This document shows positions 45,209 through 55,242 of a stretch of DNA of 64,000 bases, piece after piece. The translations under genes were made by a program, and so were the position numbers. The DNA is taken from assembly GCA_014240255.1 (NCBI GenBank), contig JAAZXG010000002.1, positions 16,191-80,190 on the forward strand. The letters run 5' to 3'. The first letter of the stretch is position 1. Each line of letters begins with the position of its first letter. The notes under the pieces are model-generated. The model was not told the origin of the DNA. It saw only the letters and a list, made by a program, of their open reading frames with translations, and did no database searches. This DNA is from Methanobacteriota archaeon (GTDB lineage Archaea > Thermoplasmatota > Poseidoniia > MGIII > CG-Epi1).

Positions 45209-47797
45209 TTGACAACTGAAAATAATGACACAATTTTGAAGATAAGCTTAGAAAAAGAGATGCGTAAATCCTATTTGGATTATGCAATGTCTGTTATTGT
45301 GGGACGTGCACTCCCCGATGCTCGTGACGGCCTAAAACCAGTGCATCGCAGAGTACTTTATGCTATGAAAGAGATGGGGTCTGGTTCACGTTCTCCATAT
45401 AAGAAATCGGCAAGAATAGTTGGAGATACTATGGGTAAGTATCACCCTCATGGTGATCAAGCTATCTATGACACAATGGTGCGTATGGCTCAAGATTTTT
45501 CTTTGAGATATCCGTTAGTCGATGGTCAAGGAAATTTTGGTTCAATAGATGGCGACAGAGCTGCAGCAATGCGTTACACTGAGTCTCGTTTGGCAACTAT
45601 TGCAGATACTGTTTTATCAGACCTTGATGAAGATACAGTGATTTTTAGAGATAACTATGATGGTTCGTTGAAAGAGCCTACCGTTCTTCCAGGACTTTTA
45701 CCCGGCCTCTTAGTGAATGGGTCTTCAGGAATTGCAGTAGGTATGGCTACAAACATGGCACCTCATAATTTATCTGAAGTGTGTGAAGCTCTAAATTTAT
45801 TGATGGATAATCCCTCAATATCTTTGGCTGAGATAATGGAGGTATTACCTGGCCCTGATTTCCCTACAGGTGGTACTATCATGGGTCGTAAAGGTATTTT
45901 TGATGCGTATAGTAAAGGACAGGGTTCCGTTAAGATGCGAGGTACTGTGAAGCATGAATCTACAGAAAAGAATGAATATCTGGTAGTGACTGAAATTCCT
46001 TTCATGGTTCAAAAAAACCGTCTTCTAGAAGACGTTTCTAAAATGGTACGTGATAAAAAAATTGAAGGCATTAGAGATATTCGTGACGAATCTGATCAAA
46101 CTGAAATGCGTGTTGTTTTTGAATTAAAACGGGATGCAGCTCCTATGATTGTTGAAAATCAGTTATACAAACATTCAGTATTGGAAACAAGTTTTGCAAT
46201 TAATAATGTAGCCTTGGTCAAAGGCCAACCTAGGCGAATGGGTTTGATAGATTTACTAGAAGTGTATATCGAACATCGTAAAGAAATAGTAACAAAAAGA
46301 ACAGAATATCGCTTGAAAAAGGCTGAAGAAAGGGCTCACATAGTTGAAGGTCTTTTACTGGCAATTTCTCAGATGGATGAAGTCATTGCCTTTATTCGTG
46401 ATTCAGCAGGTAGGGATGCTGTAATTGCAGGTCTTCAAACAACGTTTTCACTTAGTGAAATTCAATCTAAAGCAATAGCAGATATGCGCCTATATCAGTT
46501 ATCAAGGCAAGACGCTGAAGAGAGGAAAAAAGAGTTAGAAGACTTAAAAACTATAATGGCTGACTTAAAATCAATTTTAGCAGATCCTTCTAAGATTTTA
46601 GCTATTATTAAAGAAGATTTATCCCAATTAAATGAAAAACATGGAGATCCAAGAAGAACATTAATTTCTGATTTTGATGGTGATTTAGCTACCGAAGACT
46701 TGATTCCACGTTCTCAAGTAGTTGTAATGAGAACTCATGAGGGATATATCAAACGTGTTGATTTAGATGAATATCAAGCTCAACATAGAGGAGGTAAAGG
46801 TAGGATTGGCATTAAGGCCAAAGAAGGTGACTTTCCAGTGGAGTTATACTCTATGGGCTCTCATGATCATTTACTTTTCTTCACGACAGCAGGAAGTATG
46901 TATTTCTTAAAAGCTTGGCAAATACCTGATGTTTCACGTTATTCAAAGGGGACTCCGTTGGTTCAACTTCTTCAAAAGTTAGATGAGGGTCGTCAATCCA
47001 AAGATGAAAAGGTTCTTTGTATGTTACCTGTAGCCAATATAACTGGAGAGGGCCATTATTTCTTATTTGCAACCCGAAATGGTATAGTAAAGAAAACACG
47101 CTTAGAAGAATATTCATCAAGAATCCAGAGAGCTTGGGCTCGTGATCAAGGTTTTAGGGCTATTACACTTAAGGAAAATGATGAATTAATTGGTGTAAAT
47201 ATTTCAGAAGGTGATAGTCAGGTTATGCTTGCAACTAAATTAGGAATGGCTAATCGTTTTTCAGAAGGTGAAGTTAGAATAGTTGGCCGTAATGGTCAGG
47301 GAGTAATAGGTATGCGTTTGAAAGATAAAGATGAAGTTATAGGAATGACCTTAGTTCATGAAGAGGATATTTTACTAACTATTACTGAAAAAGGTTATGG
47401 AAAGAGAGCTAGTGCTGAGAATTACCGTCTTACGAAAAGAGGAGCTAAGGGAGTTAAAAATATTAAAGTTGATGCTAAGAGTGGCAATGTGGTGGCTACT
47501 TTCACTCCAGGTCAAGCAAACCAAGTATTGGCGACAACATCTTCAGGCAAAGTAATTCGTACACATATCGAAAGTATAAGACAGATTGCAAGAGTAGGCA
47601 GAGGTGTCAAAGTCATGTCTGTTGATGATAATGAAACTGTTGTAGCTGTAGCTTTACATGACGAGGATGATGAAGAAAGAAATATAGATCCCTCACCCAA
47701 TGAAGATATGGCTTGTTCAGAGTGTGATGAAGGTAAATTAGTTCTTGACGGAGACAAATATGTCTGTGGTACCTGTGGATTGATTAAGGATGCGTAA
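45209..47797 (+). CDS. gyrA: DNA gyrase subunit A with C-terminal zinc-ribbon tail
   Basis: TTG start. [29 protein letters not shown], active-site [10 protein letters not shown] and C-terminal beta-pinwheel repeats. The last 30 aa are CSEC..(13)..CGTC. Confidence 0.95.
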   Translation: MTTENNDTILKISLEKEMRKSYLDYAMSVIVGRALPDARDGLKPVHRRVLYAMKEMGSGSRSPYKKSARIVGDTMGKYHPHGDQAIYDTMVRMAQDFSLRYPLVDGQGNFGSIDGDRAAAMRYTESRLATIADTVLSDLDEDTVIFRDNYDGSLKEPTVLPGLLPGLLVNGSSGIAVGMATNMAPHNLSEVCEALNLLMDNPSISLAEIMEVLPGPDFPTGGTIMGRKGIFDAYSKGQGSVKMRGTVKHESTEKNEYLVVTEIPFMVQKNRLLEDVSKMVRDKKIEGIRDIRDESDQTEMRVVFELKRDAAPMIVENQLYKHSVLETSFAINNVALVKGQPRRMGLIDLLEVYIEHRKEIVTKRTEYRLKKAEERAHIVEGLLLAISQMDEVIAFIRDSAGRDAVIAGLQTTFSLSEIQSKAIADMRLYQLSRQDAEERKKELEDLKTIMADLKSILADPSKILAIIKEDLSQLNEKHGDPRRTLISDFDGDLATEDLIPRSQVVVMRTHEGYIKRVDLDEYQAQHRGGKGRIGIKAKEGDFPVELYSMGSHDHLLFFTTAGSMYFLKAWQIPDVSRYSKGTPLVQLLQKLDEGRQSKDEKVLCMLPVANITGEGHYFLFATRNGIVKKTRLEEYSSRIQRAWARDQGFRAITLKENDELIGVNISEGDSQVMLATKLGMANRFSEGEVRIVGRNGQGVIGMRLKDKDEVIGMTLVHEEDILLTITEKGYGKRASAENYRLTKRGAKGVKNIKVDAKSGNVVATFTPGQANQVLATTSSGKVIRTHIESIRQIARVGRGVKVMSVDDNETVVAVALHDEDDEERNIDPSPNEDMACSECDEGKLVLDGDKYVCGTCGLIKDA

Positions 47798-48719
47798 AAT
47801 ACCAGTAAAAGATATTTCTATTAATAAGAATACCGAATTATCTGAATTAATTTCTCAATTTAGTGAAGCAGGTGGTTTTGTAGCAACAAAAATAGCTACA
47901 GCATCATCTATCCTTCAGGATATGCAAAAAGAAAATTGCACTAAATTTATTTCATTTCCTGCAGATATAATGGCAACTGGAACTAGAGGCCTTCTTAGAC
48001 AATTAATAGAGAATGACCTTATTGATGTAGTAGTTACTACTTGCGGTACTTTAGATCACGATATAGCTCGAATTTTGGCAGATTATTATCATGGAGATTT
48101 TTCTATGGATGATCAAAAATTACGAGAGGAAGGTGTCAATCGACTTGGAAATGTTTTAGTTCCAGATGATTCTTATGGTATTCCTATTGAAAAATGGATG
48201 CAGCCAATTTTAGCAGAATTATATGCACAAGATAGCCGCTGGATTCCGTGGAAGATATGGCGAGAATTAGGTCTTCGTTTAGCAGAAGAAAAAAACGGTT
48301 CGGAGTCTTTTTTAGCAACTTGTGCTCGAAAGAATGTTAAGGTGTTTGTTCCGGGTCCCACTGATGGAGCAGTCGGTTCACAATTGTGGTTATTTTGGCA
48401 AGATCATAGAGATTTCACTTTAGATTTATTTGCCGAAGAAAATGAATTATCTGATATAGTTCATGAAGCTGAAAGTACCGGAGCTTTGATGGTTGGTGGA
48501 GGAATATCCAAACACCATACAATTTGGTGGAATCAATTTAGGGAGGGTTTAGATTATGCTGTTCAAGTTACTACAGCTCCTGAGTGGGATGGTTCTCTCA
48601 GTGGTGCTAGAGTTAGAGAAGCAGTTTCTTGGGGTAAAGTACAACCTAAGGCAAGACGAATAACTGTTGAAGGTGATGCAACAGTCATGCTGCCATTGAT
48701 TTTGGGGCCTTTATTGTGA
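47790..48719 (+). CDS. dys: deoxyhypusine synthase
   Basis: ..GGF.A..IA.A..I...[10 protein letters not shown] and the catalytic-Lys motif VGGGISKHH. 309 aa. It overlaps the gyrA 3' end by 8 nt. Confidence 0.9.
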   Translation: MRKIPVKDISINKNTELSELISQFSEAGGFVATKIATASSILQDMQKENCTKFISFPADIMATGTRGLLRQLIENDLIDVVVTTCGTLDHDIARILADYYHGDFSMDDQKLREEGVNRLGNVLVPDDSYGIPIEKWMQPILAELYAQDSRWIPWKIWRELGLRLAEEKNGSESFLATCARKNVKVFVPGPTDGAVGSQLWLFWQDHRDFTLDLFAEENELSDIVHEAESTGALMVGGGISKHHTIWWNQFREGLDYAVQVTTAPEWDGSLSGARVREAVSWGKVQPKARRITVEGDATVMLPLILGPLL

Positions 48720-49480
48720 AGGCTATAGTACGTGGAGTTTCAAGCTCATATGATAAAGCCTTAGCATCTTTTTTTGGTAGTGGGCCAACTAATTTAGAAG
48801 AAGCAAAGGCACAGCATTCAGCATATGTTTCGAAGCTAAGAGAATTAGGATTAGTAGTTAGAGAATTAGATTCACATCCCGATTATCCTGACTGTTGTTT
48901 TGTTGAAGATCATGCTATTGTAGCTGGTGATTCTGCATTGATCACAAATGCAGGCCATGATTCTCGGCTAGGTGAAAAAGGAGCTATCATAGAGGCTTTA
49001 GAGGGAGATCTAAAATTGGAATACATGACTTCAGGAGGGCGAATGGATGGAGGTGATGTATTTCAGTTTGGAAATAAATTTTTGGTAGGTCATAGTAGTC
49101 GTACTAATAGACAAGGCATTCAAAATTTGAAAGATTTTGTTGAGTTTCGAGGGTTTGATTTACATGTTATTGAAGTTCCAAAAAGATCTCTTCATTTAAT
49201 CTCAGTTTGTACTTCACCTATGCCTGGTGTTCTTCTTGTTCCCGAGGGTTGGTTTAAATCGACAGATTTTCCTGAAGGAATAGAAATTCTTTTAGTGCCA
49301 AGTGAAGAAGCATACGGAACAAATGTAATTTCATTTGGGAATGATGTAATGGTTTCTAAGGGTTATGAAAAAACCTCACAAATATTAATTGAGAAAGGTC
49401 TTAATTTACATTATATGGAGATGTCACAATTTAGAGCTGGAGATGGTTCATTGACTTGTCTTTCAGTAATTTATGAATAA
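48716..49480 (+). CDS. dimethylarginine dimethylaminohydrolase (DDAH)-like amidinotransferase-fold enzyme
   Basis: GTG start overlapping the dys stop (GTGA). Collinear with Pseudomonas DDAH as I recall it: A..QH.AY...L, FVED.A.., ..SR.GE, GGD......F.VG.S.RTN..G and LHL. The catalytic Cys is in GDGSLTCLSV. Confidence 0.8.
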   Translation: MKAIVRGVSSSYDKALASFFGSGPTNLEEAKAQHSAYVSKLRELGLVVRELDSHPDYPDCCFVEDHAIVAGDSALITNAGHDSRLGEKGAIIEALEGDLKLEYMTSGGRMDGGDVFQFGNKFLVGHSSRTNRQGIQNLKDFVEFRGFDLHVIEVPKRSLHLISVCTSPMPGVLLVPEGWFKSTDFPEGIEILLVPSEEAYGTNVISFGNDVMVSKGYEKTSQILIEKGLNLHYMEMSQFRAGDGSLTCLSVIYE

Positions 49481-49521
49481 CTATAATTGTTAATATAATC
49501 ACCTAATGCAATAATTATCTT

Positions 49522-50853
49522 ATGCCTGTTATCGATAGTCCTGCAAAAATAGATGATTCCAACGGTAGTCTAGGTGTTCTTATGCCTGGTTTAGGTGCCG
49601 TAAGTACTACATTTATTGCTGGAACATTGGCAATTCGGAATGGTTTTTCCAGTCCAATTGGCTCAATAACACAAATGGGTTCATTACGGTTAGGAAAACG
49701 AAATGAAAATCGTGAAGTAAATATCAAAGACTTTGTACCTTTGACTAAATTAGATAATTTAGTATTTGGAGGTTGGGATATTTTCGATGATAATTGTTAC
49801 GAAGCAGCCATAAATGCAGGAGTTATTGAGAAAGAATTACTGGAACAGATTAAACCAGAATTATCTCTTATTAAACCAATGAAAGCAGTTTTTGATAAGA
49901 AGTTTGTAAAGAAATTAGATGGAACTCACATTAAATCAGTTAAGGGCCATAGGGCTAGAATAGATGCATTAAGGCAGGATATTCGTGATTTTAAGGAAAA
50001 AAATAAGTTAGATAGGGCCGTTATGATTTGGTGTGGTAGTACTGAGATTTATCAAGAGCCTCACGATTCAGTGTATGGTTCCCTTGAGTCTTTTGAAAAT
50101 GCACTAGATGATGATAATATAGCGATGGCACCTTCAATTCTTTATGCCTATGCGGCATTAAAGGAAGGAATACCTTATGCTAATGGTGCTCCAAATTTAT
50201 CAGTAGATTTTCCAGCCATGTATTCACTGGCAGCCAAAGAGAAAACACCAATTGCAGGTAAAGATTTCAAAACTGGGCAGACATTAATGAAAACAATTCT
50301 TGCCCCTGGTTTTAAAGCCAGAAAATTAGGCATTGATGGCTGGTTTTCAACTAATATACTAGGTAATAGGGATGGTGAAGTTCTGGATGATCCTGAATCT
50401 TTTAAGACCAAAGAGGTTTCAAAATTAGGAGTTCTTGAACAAATACTTGAACCTGAAAAGTATCCTGAATTATATGGAGATTTGTATCATAAGGTTCGTA
50501 TCAATTATTATCCACCTCGAGGAGATAACAAAGAAGGATGGGATAATATTGATATCAAAGGATGGTTGGGATATCCTATGCAGATTAAAGTAGATTTTCT
50601 ATGTAGGGATTCTATACTGGCAGCTCCAATAGTACTTGATTTAGCTCTCTTTTTGGACTTAGCTAAACGCTCAGGGATGCATGGGATTCAGGAATGGTTG
50701 TCTTTCTATTTCAAATCACCAATGTGTAAACCAGATTTGTATCCAGTCCATGATTTATTTGCACAAAAAGCTAAGTTAGAAAACACACTTCGTCATTTAA
50801 TGGGTGAGACGCTCATTACATACCTTGGTTTGGATTATTATGAGGATGATTAA
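49522..50853 (+). CDS. myo-inositol-1-phosphate synthase
   Basis: MIWCGSTE, YANGAPN, GKDFKTGQT and STNILGNRDG motifs. 443 aa, archaeal/bacterial short MIPS type. Confidence 0.9.
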   Translation: MPVIDSPAKIDDSNGSLGVLMPGLGAVSTTFIAGTLAIRNGFSSPIGSITQMGSLRLGKRNENREVNIKDFVPLTKLDNLVFGGWDIFDDNCYEAAINAGVIEKELLEQIKPELSLIKPMKAVFDKKFVKKLDGTHIKSVKGHRARIDALRQDIRDFKEKNKLDRAVMIWCGSTEIYQEPHDSVYGSLESFENALDDDNIAMAPSILYAYAALKEGIPYANGAPNLSVDFPAMYSLAAKEKTPIAGKDFKTGQTLMKTILAPGFKARKLGIDGWFSTNILGNRDGEVLDDPESFKTKEVSKLGVLEQILEPEKYPELYGDLYHKVRINYYPPRGDNKEGWDNIDIKGWLGYPMQIKVDFLCRDSILAAPIVLDLALFLDLAKRSGMHGIQEWLSFYFKSPMCKPDLYPVHDLFAQKAKLENTLRHLMGETLITYLGLDYYEDD

Positions 50854-51864
50854 ATGAAGTCAGTTGTTGTTACAAAATATGGCAGTCCTGAAAATTTAGA
50901 AATTCAAGAATTACCAACACCAATACCTGGACCTGGTGAAGTTTGTATTCGTGTATCAAAAGCTGGGATAAATTTTGCAGACATTCTTTCTCGTATGGGG
51001 CTCTATCCAGGGGCTCCTAAACCTCCATTTACCCCAGGGATGGAAGTTTCAGGAATTATTCATGAAATAGGACCTGATGTAGATAAATATGAAATTGGTG
51101 ATAGGGTGGTAGGTTCTGGGTCCAATGGAGGTTATTCAACACATATAATTTCTAAAGCAGATGGAGTCTTTAAAATTCCAGATAATATTTCTTTTGAAGT
51201 TGCTGCAGCTTTTCCTGCAGTTTATCTTACTTCTTACTTGATGATAATTCATCCCGGAGCTTTGCAAAAGAATGAGTCTATATTGATTCATGGTGTAGCT
51301 GGAGGGATAGGTTTAGCTTCTATAGAATTGGCAAAAATTGTGGGTGCTAAAACAATATTTGGCACTTGTTCACCTGAAAAACATGATTTTGTTAAAGAGA
51401 AGGGCGTCCTTCCAGTTGATAGGAATAATTTCTTAGCAGAAATAATGGATTGGACTGATAATAAAGGAGTAGATTTAGTTTTAGATCCTATAGGTGGAGA
51501 AAATCTGATGAAATCATATCGATGTTTAGGTTCAGGCGGTCGTGTCTGTTCTTTTGGTATTTCTGATATGGCTCCCGGCAAAAAAATGAGCAGTTGGCAT
51601 CGCTTCAAATCTTGGCTGACTTTTCCTAAATTTGACCCTTTAAAGATGATGACTAGTAATCGAGGCGTATTTGGTATACATTTAGGACGTTGGAAAAATT
51701 TAGATACTCTCAACAGGGCAAGAAAAGATTTAATGAAGTGGATTGACGAAGATAAGATACATCCTCATGTTGATAAGGTATTTCCATATGCTCAAGCATC
51801 AGATGCGCATAATTACATTCAAGATCGTAAGAATATAGGTAAAGTTTTACTGGATTTCGATTAG
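50854..51864 (+). CDS. MDR-family NADPH:quinone oxidoreductase (zeta-crystallin/VAT-1-like)
   Basis: GINFADILSRMGLYPGAPKPPFTPGMEVSGII, nucleotide motif HGVAGGIGLA and a C-terminal GKVLLDF. 336 aa. Confidence 0.85.
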   Translation: MKSVVVTKYGSPENLEIQELPTPIPGPGEVCIRVSKAGINFADILSRMGLYPGAPKPPFTPGMEVSGIIHEIGPDVDKYEIGDRVVGSGSNGGYSTHIISKADGVFKIPDNISFEVAAAFPAVYLTSYLMIIHPGALQKNESILIHGVAGGIGLASIELAKIVGAKTIFGTCSPEKHDFVKEKGVLPVDRNNFLAEIMDWTDNKGVDLVLDPIGGENLMKSYRCLGSGGRVCSFGISDMAPGKKMSSWHRFKSWLTFPKFDPLKMMTSNRGVFGIHLGRWKNLDTLNRARKDLMKWIDEDKIHPHVDKVFPYAQASDAHNYIQDRKNIGKVLLDFD

Positions 51865-51894
51865 TTCCAAATTTCTTTGGCATCTTTTTAAATT
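51865..51894 (+). promoter_or_regulatory. promoter: CCAAA-N4-TTTGG palindrome plus TATA box (copy 1)
   Basis: Sequence TTCCAAATTTCTTTGGCATCTTTTTAAATT. Palindrome arms at 51867-51871 and 51876-51880. The TATA-like TTTTTAAATT at 51885-51894 is centred ~27 nt upstream of the ATG at 51917, which would give a leaderless geometry. Confidence 0.6.
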
Positions 51895-51916
51895 AGGGTA
51901 CTACTTTGGTAATAGT

Positions 51917-52309
51917 ATGTCTGATATTAATGTCAAATTAAAACATGACTTGAGCGATGCAGATACTCTTTTTAAAATTCTTTTTGCTTCAATTAAAATT
52001 GGGGTTCCAGCTTCCAAAAGGAAAATTGCAAATGTTGCAGATATTTCTTCTCAATTAGTTGATTATCACATTGATAAATTAGTAGCGAATGGACAAATGT
52101 TAATTGTAAATTCACAGTACATGTCCCAAATTCCTTTTTCCGATAAAACACTTTATAAGTTTTTGAAAGATAAGATTATAACACAAGAATTAGTAGATAA
52201 AATAGCCAAGGGACTAGATTTTTCACAGTCTGAAGTTCAGGAAAGTAAGGTTATTGAAGAGTCAATTTTGACCTTATTAAAATTATTTTCGATAGACTTA
52301 AAACAATAA
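51917..52309 (+). CDS. small winged-helix DNA-binding protein (130 aa), candidate regulator
   Basis: ASKRKIANVADISSQLVDYHIDKLVANGQMLIV looks like an HTH plus wing (MarR/ArsR-like). No specific family recognised. Confidence 0.5.
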   Translation: MSDINVKLKHDLSDADTLFKILFASIKIGVPASKRKIANVADISSQLVDYHIDKLVANGQMLIVNSQYMSQIPFSDKTLYKFLKDKIITQELVDKIAKGLDFSQSEVQESKVIEESILTLLKLFSIDLKQ

Positions 52310-52314
52310 AAATC

Positions 52315-52346
52315 TTCCAAATTTTTTTGGCATTCTTTTATATATA
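52315..52346 (+). promoter_or_regulatory. promoter: CCAAA-N4-TTTGG palindrome plus TATA box (copy 2)
   Basis: Sequence TTCCAAATTTTTTTGGCATTCTTTTATATATA. Palindrome arms at 52317-52321 and 52326-52330. TTTTATATAT at 52336-52345 is centred ~25 nt upstream of the ATG at 52366. It is nearly identical to copy 1 over ~29 nt. Confidence 0.6.
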
Positions 52347-52365
52347 AAAAAGGTTTTTGAAATTT

Positions 52366-52569
52366 ATGAGACGAAGACATATGCTAGGAACGCACGAAAA
52401 AACACTATGTGGTTGGAACGTTACTGTTGGTGAGTTATCGCAGCTAAAAAAAATGGATAGCAAATATGTCAATTGTAAGCGCTGCCTAGAGAAATTAGAT
52501 GGCGTTTCAAATATTTTGTCTCTAGATTTGAAAATAAAAAAAAATATAGGGAATGTTAGTAATGGATAA
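52366..52569 (+). CDS. micro-protein (67 aa) with H/C...CxxC arrangement, function unknown
   Basis: The ATG at 52366 sits at leaderless distance from the copy-2 TATA box. MRRRHMLGTHEKTLCGW...VNCKRCLEKL. Its 3' end overlaps the beta-propeller gene start. It may instead be an untranslated leader. Confidence 0.35.
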   Translation: MRRRHMLGTHEKTLCGWNVTVGELSQLKKMDSKYVNCKRCLEKLDGVSNILSLDLKIKKNIGNVSNG

Positions 52570-55201
52570 AAAAATAGAAGTTTTTGGTAAATCAATGGAT
52601 ACACCACAATCAATAGCAGGCTTATCTGGTTTAGATCCAGCTCCAATGGGTGGAATTCCTTCAGGTGTTTTTGCAATTTTTGCAGTAGTTATTCTAACAG
52701 TTTCTTTAGCTACATATATGCCTGAAGATACGATTCCTTCAGATCCGACTTTAACAGAGGTTCAATCTACTTATTTAGAAAATATATTGTCAGATCGTTC
52801 TCGCTCATCCCCTATGCTTTCTACTTATGATACATGTGGATTTCTTGAAATGGACTTAAAAGAACATTTGAAAGAAGAGATGCGTGTGAATTTGGGCACT
52901 GGTTCGTACTATCATGGTGGCTGGGGAATGGTAGATGACATGGTTATGATTGGGGAGCCAGAGATGGCTATGGATGATAGCGCAGATTCGGATGGCGTTT
53001 CAGCTACAAACACAGTTACTTCAGACAAGAGTTCATCAGGTGGTCAAGAAGGAGTTGATTATTCAGGAACTAATAATCAAGAATTAGGTGTGGATGAAGC
53101 AGATTTTGTGAAAACAGATGGATCCTATATTTACATTGTAAATAATGGTTACAATGATTGGGGCGTATATCCATCAGGTCATGTTCACATTCTAGAAATT
53201 CCTGAAGCAGGTAATGTTTCATATTTATCAAATATATCTATCGAAGGGCGCCCCAATGAGATGCTTTTAGTAGATGATAAAGCAGTAGTTTACTCTAACG
53301 TTTACATTTACAGTTATTATGAGGAAAAGCATCCTCTTGATGAAGTAGTCAAGAAGGAAATAAAACGTGAAGTTAAAGAATCTAAACCCACTTCCTCAAA
53401 TACAGTACCATCCGAATCAGAAGATAGACAAGCAGATGATTCCGAAGAAAGTGAAGACTATGTTGAAGATGAGTATTATGAGTATGATTATTACTACAGA
53501 ACAACCTCTTTTACAAAACTAACAGTTTTGGATTTGACCAATAGAAGTTCACCTCAAGTCACTAGAGAACTTTACATCGAAGGAGATTATCAGACCGCAC
53601 GCGAATCAGGAGGTACAGTCCGCATGGTTTCCTACGGTTGGATGGATATTTATGGGCTAGAAACATGGTTAGATTTTTCAGATTACAAAACTTATTGGAA
53701 CCTTGATTGGGATAGTTCCAAACGAGAACAAATATGGATGGAAGTAATGAATGAAACAATTGAATATAATGACAATATTATTGATCAAACTCCTTTAGAC
53801 GACCTTTTACCACGCATTCATGAAAAATCAGGAGACAACATAACTACGCACAAGTATACAGAATCGGGGGACGGCAATTGCCAAAATTTTGCAGCTGCCT
53901 CTGATAGTGCCGGTCAAGGTATCACTTCTATTATGACACTTGATTTACTAGAAGAAAACTTTAGCTTTAATGCAGACCATATTTTAAGCAACTGGGCTAC
54001 AGTTTATGCTTCAGGAAATGTAATGGTAATGGCCGAATCAGCTTGGGATTCATGGTGGTTCTGGGGTGATGAAGAGAGTGAAAATAATGAAATGACAAAT
54101 CTCCATGTATTTGATATTTCTAGTCCTGGTCAAACCGATTATATTGCTAGTGGAAGAGTAAATGGTACGATACAAGATCAATTTTCTTTATCTGAGCACA
54201 ATGGAAATCTTCGAGTTTGTTCTACTACAGGGCAGTGGGGTCGATGGTGGATGGATGATCCTGAACCTATGGTTAGCCATGTATTTGTTTTAGGATTGAA
54301 TGTTGAGGAAACAGAGTATGAAGTTATAGGTCATGTAGGTGGAATTGCTGAAGATGAGCAAATATGGTCAGCACGTTTCATGGGTGATAAAGCATACATT
54401 GTTACTTTTAGAAATATTGATCCTTTATGGACGATAGATCTTAGTGAGCCTACAGATCCAAGAGTTATAGGTGAATTAGAAATTCCTGGTGTATCAACTT
54501 ATATTCATCCAATGGGTGATAATCATCTTCTTACAATAGGTATTGCTGGAGATGAAGACGGTTTACATTGGGGCGTAACACAGATTTCTATATTCGATGT
54601 CAGTGATTTTTCAAATCCAAAATTAGCTAGTTCACTACAGCTAAATTCAGCATCAAGCGAGGAGAATGGCTGGTCTTATTCCTACAGTGAGGCAACTTAT
54701 GAGCATAAAGCATTCCAGTATTGGGAAGATGATGGTTTGTTGGCAGTTCCAATGTCTACACATAGATACTATTCAGATTATAGTGAAATTGATGGCAAGA
54801 TGTATTATTCAAGTGGTTATGAATACTTATCAAAATTAATGCTTATTGAAGCAGAACCAGGTAAAGATCTTAAAATTTATGATGAAGTAGATCATTCTTC
54901 ATTGTATGATTCCAATTACTGGTGGGATAATCCAGATGTAAGACGTAGTATTTTCATGGAAGGAGGAGATTATATCTATGCAATTAGTGAAAAGGGCATT
55001 ACAGCCCATAATGTAGCTACTATGGAACAGACTGGTTTTGCAGAATTACCTTCTGATAATAAGCCAAATTACGTGGATTATTACTATGATGATGTTGTCG
55101 ATGTTGTTGCACCTGAACCTGTTGAAGAAGACGGTGAAGATAGAGAAGATTCCGATGACGGCTCTAACTCTGACGAGGAGTCAACAGGTTCTGAAGGTTA
55201 A
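52553..55201 (+). CDS. membrane-anchored secreted beta-propeller domain protein (COG4880/PF09826-like)
   Basis: N-terminal anchor IPSGVFAIFAVVILTVSLATYM. Family hallmarks are GVDEADFVKTDGSYIY and ..ARFMGDKAYIVTFRNIDPLWTIDLSEPTDPRVIGELEIPGVSTYIHPMGDNHLLTIG. There is an acidic/Tyr-rich linker and an acidic C-terminal tail. The start may be the ATG at 52562. Confidence 0.8.
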   Translation: MLVMDKKIEVFGKSMDTPQSIAGLSGLDPAPMGGIPSGVFAIFAVVILTVSLATYMPEDTIPSDPTLTEVQSTYLENILSDRSRSSPMLSTYDTCGFLEMDLKEHLKEEMRVNLGTGSYYHGGWGMVDDMVMIGEPEMAMDDSADSDGVSATNTVTSDKSSSGGQEGVDYSGTNNQELGVDEADFVKTDGSYIYIVNNGYNDWGVYPSGHVHILEIPEAGNVSYLSNISIEGRPNEMLLVDDKAVVYSNVYIYSYYEEKHPLDEVVKKEIKREVKESKPTSSNTVPSESEDRQADDSEESEDYVEDEYYEYDYYYRTTSFTKLTVLDLTNRSSPQVTRELYIEGDYQTARESGGTVRMVSYGWMDIYGLETWLDFSDYKTYWNLDWDSSKREQIWMEVMNETIEYNDNIIDQTPLDDLLPRIHEKSGDNITTHKYTESGDGNCQNFAAASDSAGQGITSIMTLDLLEENFSFNADHILSNWATVYASGNVMVMAESAWDSWWFWGDEESENNEMTNLHVFDISSPGQTDYIASGRVNGTIQDQFSLSEHNGNLRVCSTTGQWGRWWMDDPEPMVSHVFVLGLNVEETEYEVIGHVGGIAEDEQIWSARFMGDKAYIVTFRNIDPLWTIDLSEPTDPRVIGELEIPGVSTYIHPMGDNHLLTIGIAGDEDGLHWGVTQISIFDVSDFSNPKLASSLQLNSASSEENGWSYSYSEATYEHKAFQYWEDDGLLAVPMSTHRYYSDYSEIDGKMYYSSGYEYLSKLMLIEAEPGKDLKIYDEVDHSSLYDSNYWWDNPDVRRSIFMEGGDYIYAISEKGITAHNVATMEQTGFAELPSDNKPNYVDYYYDDVVDVVAPEPVEEDGEDREDSDDGSNSDEESTGSEG

Positions 55202-55242
55202 CCCCCAACTGCTAAATAAACATAGAAAATAGCTGAGACATT

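Noticed and set aside
52338-52676. 112-aa minus-strand ORF
   Set aside because: It spans the copy-2 promoter element and the starts of two plus-strand genes. It has a low-complexity Phe/Leu/Ile composition typical of antisense AT-rich DNA.
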